A DNA stretch of 64,000 nucleotides. Origin: Dehalococcoidia bacterium (GTDB lineage Bacteria; Chloroflexota; Dehalococcoidia; UBA2979). Position numbers and translations under genes: made by a program. Location: NCBI GenBank assembly GCA_963667465.2, contig CAXXDN010000001.1:480001-544000 (forward strand), given 5' to 3'. Shown piece after piece: positions 60,860 through 64,000 of the stretch. Under the pieces are notes generated by a model. That model worked only from the letters and a program-made list of their open reading frames with translations, had not been told where the DNA came from and ran no database searches. Each line of letters begins with the position of its first letter. Positions within the stretch are counted from its first letter, which is position 1.

Positions 60860-61840
60860 CTAGCCCAGCACCTCGGGATTGACGATCGCGGGCGGCGTCG
60901 CGCCGCCCACGACGGCGATCAGGTTCCGCACCGCCAGCTCGCGCATCGCGCGCCGCGTCTCCACGGCGGCGGTGCCGATGTGCGGGAAGGTGATCACGTT
61001 CGGCAGCCGCACGATCGGGTCGTCCGGGTCCGGCGGCTCCGCCTCGAGCACGTCGAGGCCCGCGCCGGCAATCGTGCCGCTCTCGAGGGCCGCGACAAGC
61101 GCCACCTGATCGATCACCGGGCCGCGCGCCGTGTTCACGATGTAGGCGCTGGGCTTCATCAGCGCCAGCTCGCGCGCGCCGATCAGGTGGTACGACTCCG
61201 CCGTCAGGTTGGTGTGGATCGTCACGAAATCGGACTCGCGCAGCAGATCGTCGAGCGGACGGTAGGGCGCGTCCGCGACATCGTCGATCGTTGTAGTCGC
61301 GGCCCCCTCGAACACGTCGTACCAGATGATGCGCAGCCCGATCGCCTGCATGCGGCGCGCGACCTCGCGCCCGATCCGCCCGAAGCCGATCACGCCGAGC
61401 GTCTTGCCGTTGATCTCGTGGGCGAGCGGCGGGAGCGGCTCGCCGCGCGCCCAGGCGCCGCTGCGCGAGAAGGCCTCGAACTCCCAGAGCCGCCGCGCCA
61501 GCGAGATGATGATCGCCATCGTCAGGTCCGCGACGGCGGCGTTGAGGACGGCCGGCGTATTGCAGACCGCGACGCCGTGCCTCGTGGCCGCGGCGACGTC
61601 GATGTTGTTGTAGCCGACGGCGTGCTGAGAGACGACGCGCAGGCCGGGCACGGAGGCAAAGAACTCCTCGCCGAGACTGAAATGCGTCGGACTGATCATG
61701 CCGTCCACGCCGCGCAGCGCCGCGATCAGCTCCTCGAGCGACGCGCCCGGCTCGACGTGTACGACCTCGCAAGCGGCGGCGAGTTGCGCCGTGAGGTCGT
61801 CCTCGAGCGCGGTGGCGATGCAGATCGTGGGTCGGGTCAC
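60860..61840 (-). CDS. Glyoxylate/hydroxypyruvate reductase-like 2-hydroxyacid dehydrogenase
   Basis: AVGYNNID, NTP, GFGRIG, NTARG, PHIG. Confidence 0.9.
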   Translation of the reverse strand: MTRPTICIATALEDDLTAQLAAACEVVHVEPGASLEELIAALRGVDGMISPTHFSLGEEFFASVPGLRVVSQHAVGYNNIDVAAATRHGVAVCNTPAVLNAAVADLTMAIIISLARRLWEFEAFSRSGAWARGEPLPPLAHEINGKTLGVIGFGRIGREVARRMQAIGLRIIWYDVFEGAATTTIDDVADAPYRPLDDLLRESDFVTIHTNLTAESYHLIGARELALMKPSAYIVNTARGPVIDQVALVAALESGTIAGAGLDVLEAEPPDPDDPIVRLPNVITFPHIGTAAVETRRAMRELAVRNLIAVVGGATPPAIVNPEVLG

Positions 61841-61844
61841 CGCG

Positions 61845-62072
61845 CTAGAACCCCTCGTCGAGGGGGCCGCCGGGGTCGAGCACGGCGCCGTCGAGGGCGA
61901 TCAGGCTGGGGCGCTCGTTGCAGTAGATCTCGCTCTCGCACTTGTCGAAGCTGAACGCGCCGCGCTCCTTGTCGTAGCGGATCACCCACGTGCCGAGGAC
62001 GTGCCCTTCGCGGCCGAGTTCGGTCTGCCCGCGCAGCACCTCGATCAGCGCCTCGAGTTCCTTCGCGCCCAT
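61845..62072 (-). CDS. Small hypothetical protein (75 aa)
   Basis: ATG after GGAGGTG. MGAKELEALIEVL..FSFDKCESEIYCNERP..; coding-like GC3. Confidence 0.65.
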   Translation of the reverse strand: MGAKELEALIEVLRGQTELGREGHVLGTWVIRYDKERGAFSFDKCESEIYCNERPSLIALDGAVLDPGGPLDEGF

Positions 62073-62147
62073 CTCACACCTCCGCCGGTCCCGGAGCCCG
62101 CTTCCGCTCGGCGGGCACGCGCCTACAATATGCCGGGCGGGGGGCGC

Positions 62148-63221
62148 ATGAGCGACAAGGCGAGCAGCGGCAACTACTTCGAGGACCTCGAGACCGGTCT
62201 CGAGATCCGCCACGCCGTTCCGCGCACGCTCACCGAGGGCGACGCCGCGCTCTACATCGCGCTTACCGGCGACCGCTATCCGCTGCACTGCAACGCCGAG
62301 TTCGCCCGCGCGCTCGGCTACCCGCGTGAGACGATCAATGACCTGCTGGTCTTCCACACGGTCTTCGGCAAGTCCGTGCCCGACGTCTCCCTCAACGCCG
62401 TCGCCAACCTCGGCTACGCCGACGTGCGCTTCGGCGTGCCAGTGCTGCCGGGCGACACGATCAGCTCGACGACCACGGTGCTCGGCCGGCGCGAGTCGCG
62501 GGGCGGGGACACGGGCGTCGTCTGGGTGCGCACCACGGGTGTGAACCAGCGCGGCGAGGAAGTGCTGACGCTGATCCGCTGGGTGCTGATGAACAAGCGC
62601 GACCCCTCGACGCCGACCGGCGCGAACGACGCCCCGGAGACGCCCGAGGCCGTGGCCCCCGAGGCGCTGCGCGCGCCGGAGCAGCTCGATCTCTCGCGCT
62701 TCCCGGCGGAGGTCAGCGGCGGCCGCGCCTGGTGGGAGCACTACGAGCCGGGCGAGCGCATTCACCACGTCGACGGCATGGCGATCGAGGAGGCCGAGCA
62801 GCAGATCGCGACGCGCATGTACCACAACACGGCGCGCGCGCACTTCAACGCCTACGCCCTCGCGGACTCGCGCTTCGGGCGCCGCGTGATCTACGGCGGG
62901 CACATCATCTCGATTGCGCGGGCGCTGTCCTTCAACGGGCTGGAGCACGCCCTCGGCATCCTCGCCTTCAACGGCGGGACGCATAGCAACCCGACCTTCG
63001 CGGGCGACACGGTCTTCGCCTGGACGGACGTGCTCGAGCGCATCGACCTCGGCCGCGCCGACTGCGGCGCGCTGCGCCTGCGGCTCGTCGGCGTCAAGAA
63101 CGCCGACCCCGCGAGCGAGGATGTCGAGCTGAAGCAGACTTCCGGGGACGGGCGCGAGCGCTACCACCCGAACGTGGTGCTCGACCTCGACTACACCGTG
63201 CTGCTGCCTAGGGCGCGGTGA
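62148..63221 (+). CDS. mch: Double hot-dog MaoC dehydratase, mesaconyl-CoA (2-methylfumaryl-CoA) hydratase-like
   Basis: GNYFED, PRTLTEGD, FHTVFGKSVPDVSLNAVANLGY, HHVDG, YGGHIIS, VLDLDY. Confidence 0.82.
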   Translation: MSDKASSGNYFEDLETGLEIRHAVPRTLTEGDAALYIALTGDRYPLHCNAEFARALGYPRETINDLLVFHTVFGKSVPDVSLNAVANLGYADVRFGVPVLPGDTISSTTTVLGRRESRGGDTGVVWVRTTGVNQRGEEVLTLIRWVLMNKRDPSTPTGANDAPETPEAVAPEALRAPEQLDLSRFPAEVSGGRAWWEHYEPGERIHHVDGMAIEEAEQQIATRMYHNTARAHFNAYALADSRFGRRVIYGGHIISIARALSFNGLEHALGILAFNGGTHSNPTFAGDTVFAWTDVLERIDLGRADCGALRLRLVGVKNADPASEDVELKQTSGDGRERYHPNVVLDLDYTVLLPRAR

Positions 63222-63267
63222 GAGGAAGACAGGAAGGCGCGGAGGCGCGCAGCGAACGGAGCAGGCC

Positions 63268-64000
63268 GTGACCAGCACCGGAGTGGACATCGACGCCGTC
63301 GCCGTCGCGCGCAGTCTCGTCGACGCGGCGGGCAGCGCCATCGACGCGGCGGTCGCGCACGCGGCCGGGGTCACCGAGGGCGGCGCGCTGATTGACGATC
63401 ACCAAGTGCACACCGAGCGCATCGCCTACCTCGCCACGCAGGTCCGCGCGGCGAGCGCGCTGGTCGCCTCCAGCGAGGCGCTGCGCGAGGCAGGCGTCCG
63501 CGACGAGCAGCAGGAGGACGCGGCCCTTGTCTACGCCGCCGAGGCGACGCACGCGCTGCGCTCGGCGATCGAGGCGGCCCGCGACGACTTCGGCATCGCT
63601 GCGGCCGCGGACGCCCTCGCTGCGCCCGAGCTGCGCTCGGCCGTGCGCGCCGGTCTCGATGAGTCGCGCGTGCGCGCACTCGGGCGCCGCGCGCTCGCCT
63701 CGCTCGGCGTCAACAACCTCGATCTGCGCGACGACGCGGCGCTGCTCACGCGCGAGACCGCGCGCGAGTTCGCGCGCAACGAGGTCGCCCCGATCGCGCA
63801 GGAGATCCACCGTGAGGACCTGCTGGTTCCGGACAGCCTGCTCGATCGCTTCTCCTCGCTCGGCTTCTTCGGCGCCTCGATCCCGGAGCAGTACGGCGGC
63901 ACCGGCATGGGTTACCTCCCGATGGTGGTGATGACCGAGGAGCTGTCGGCGGCCTCGCTCGGCGCGGCCGGCTCGCTGCACACGCGGCCGGAGATCCTGG
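63268..64000 (+). CDS. Acyl-CoA dehydrogenase with long N-extension, methylsuccinyl-CoA dehydrogenase-like (3' truncated)
   Basis: My own translation from GTG 63268 gives an N-extension (IDDHQVHTERIAYLAT..), then AREFARNEVAP..IPEQYGG.GMG..TEELSAASLGAAGSLHTRPEIL. Confidence 0.75.
   Translation, partial: MTSTGVDIDAVAVARSLVDAAGSAIDAAVAHAAGVTEGGALIDDHQVHTERIAYLATQVRAASALVASSEALREAGVRDEQQEDAALVYAAEATHALRSAIEAARDDFGIAAAADALAAPELRSAVRAGLDESRVRALGRRALASLGVNNLDLRDDAALLTRETAREFARNEVAPIAQEIHREDLLVPDSLLDRFSSLGFFGASIPEQYGGTGMGYLPMVVMTEELSAASLGAAGSLHTRPEIL

Overview
High-GC (about 70% by eye) bacterial chromosome segment, most consistent with Chloroflexota/Dehalococcoidia (inferred from gene order and protein style, not a database result). 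In order it carries: the tail of a DnaC/IstB-like ATPase; a moaD-moaE fusion, comF, pfkB and glyA; rpsF-ssb-rpsR; hom-thrC-folE with an MshA-like GT and a PIG-L deacetylase; the complete str/S10/spc/alpha ribosomal superoperon (rpsL to rpsI, 13.7-36.0 kb), with several unusual acidic tails including a 13x27-bp tandem repeat in rpsQ; a REP-like repeat mosaic; a form I aerobic CO dehydrogenase cluster (coxMSL, coxG, two XdhC/CoxF, MocA-like); PMM/NDP-sugar genes; a NYN RNase gene preceded by a promoter and a small structured RNA; an apt-HNH-mtnP-GNAT-ahcY-metK operon; plsX and trxA; and hydroxy-acid catabolic genes ending in mch plus a probable mcd. The top hidden signal is absent from the ORF track: a ferredoxin-thioredoxin reductase catalytic subunit whose CHC motif reads C-H-TGA, followed by a bacterial SECIS-like hairpin. 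It is therefore a probable selenoprotein (56920-57360, minus strand), lying near trxA and a [2Fe-2S] ferredoxin.
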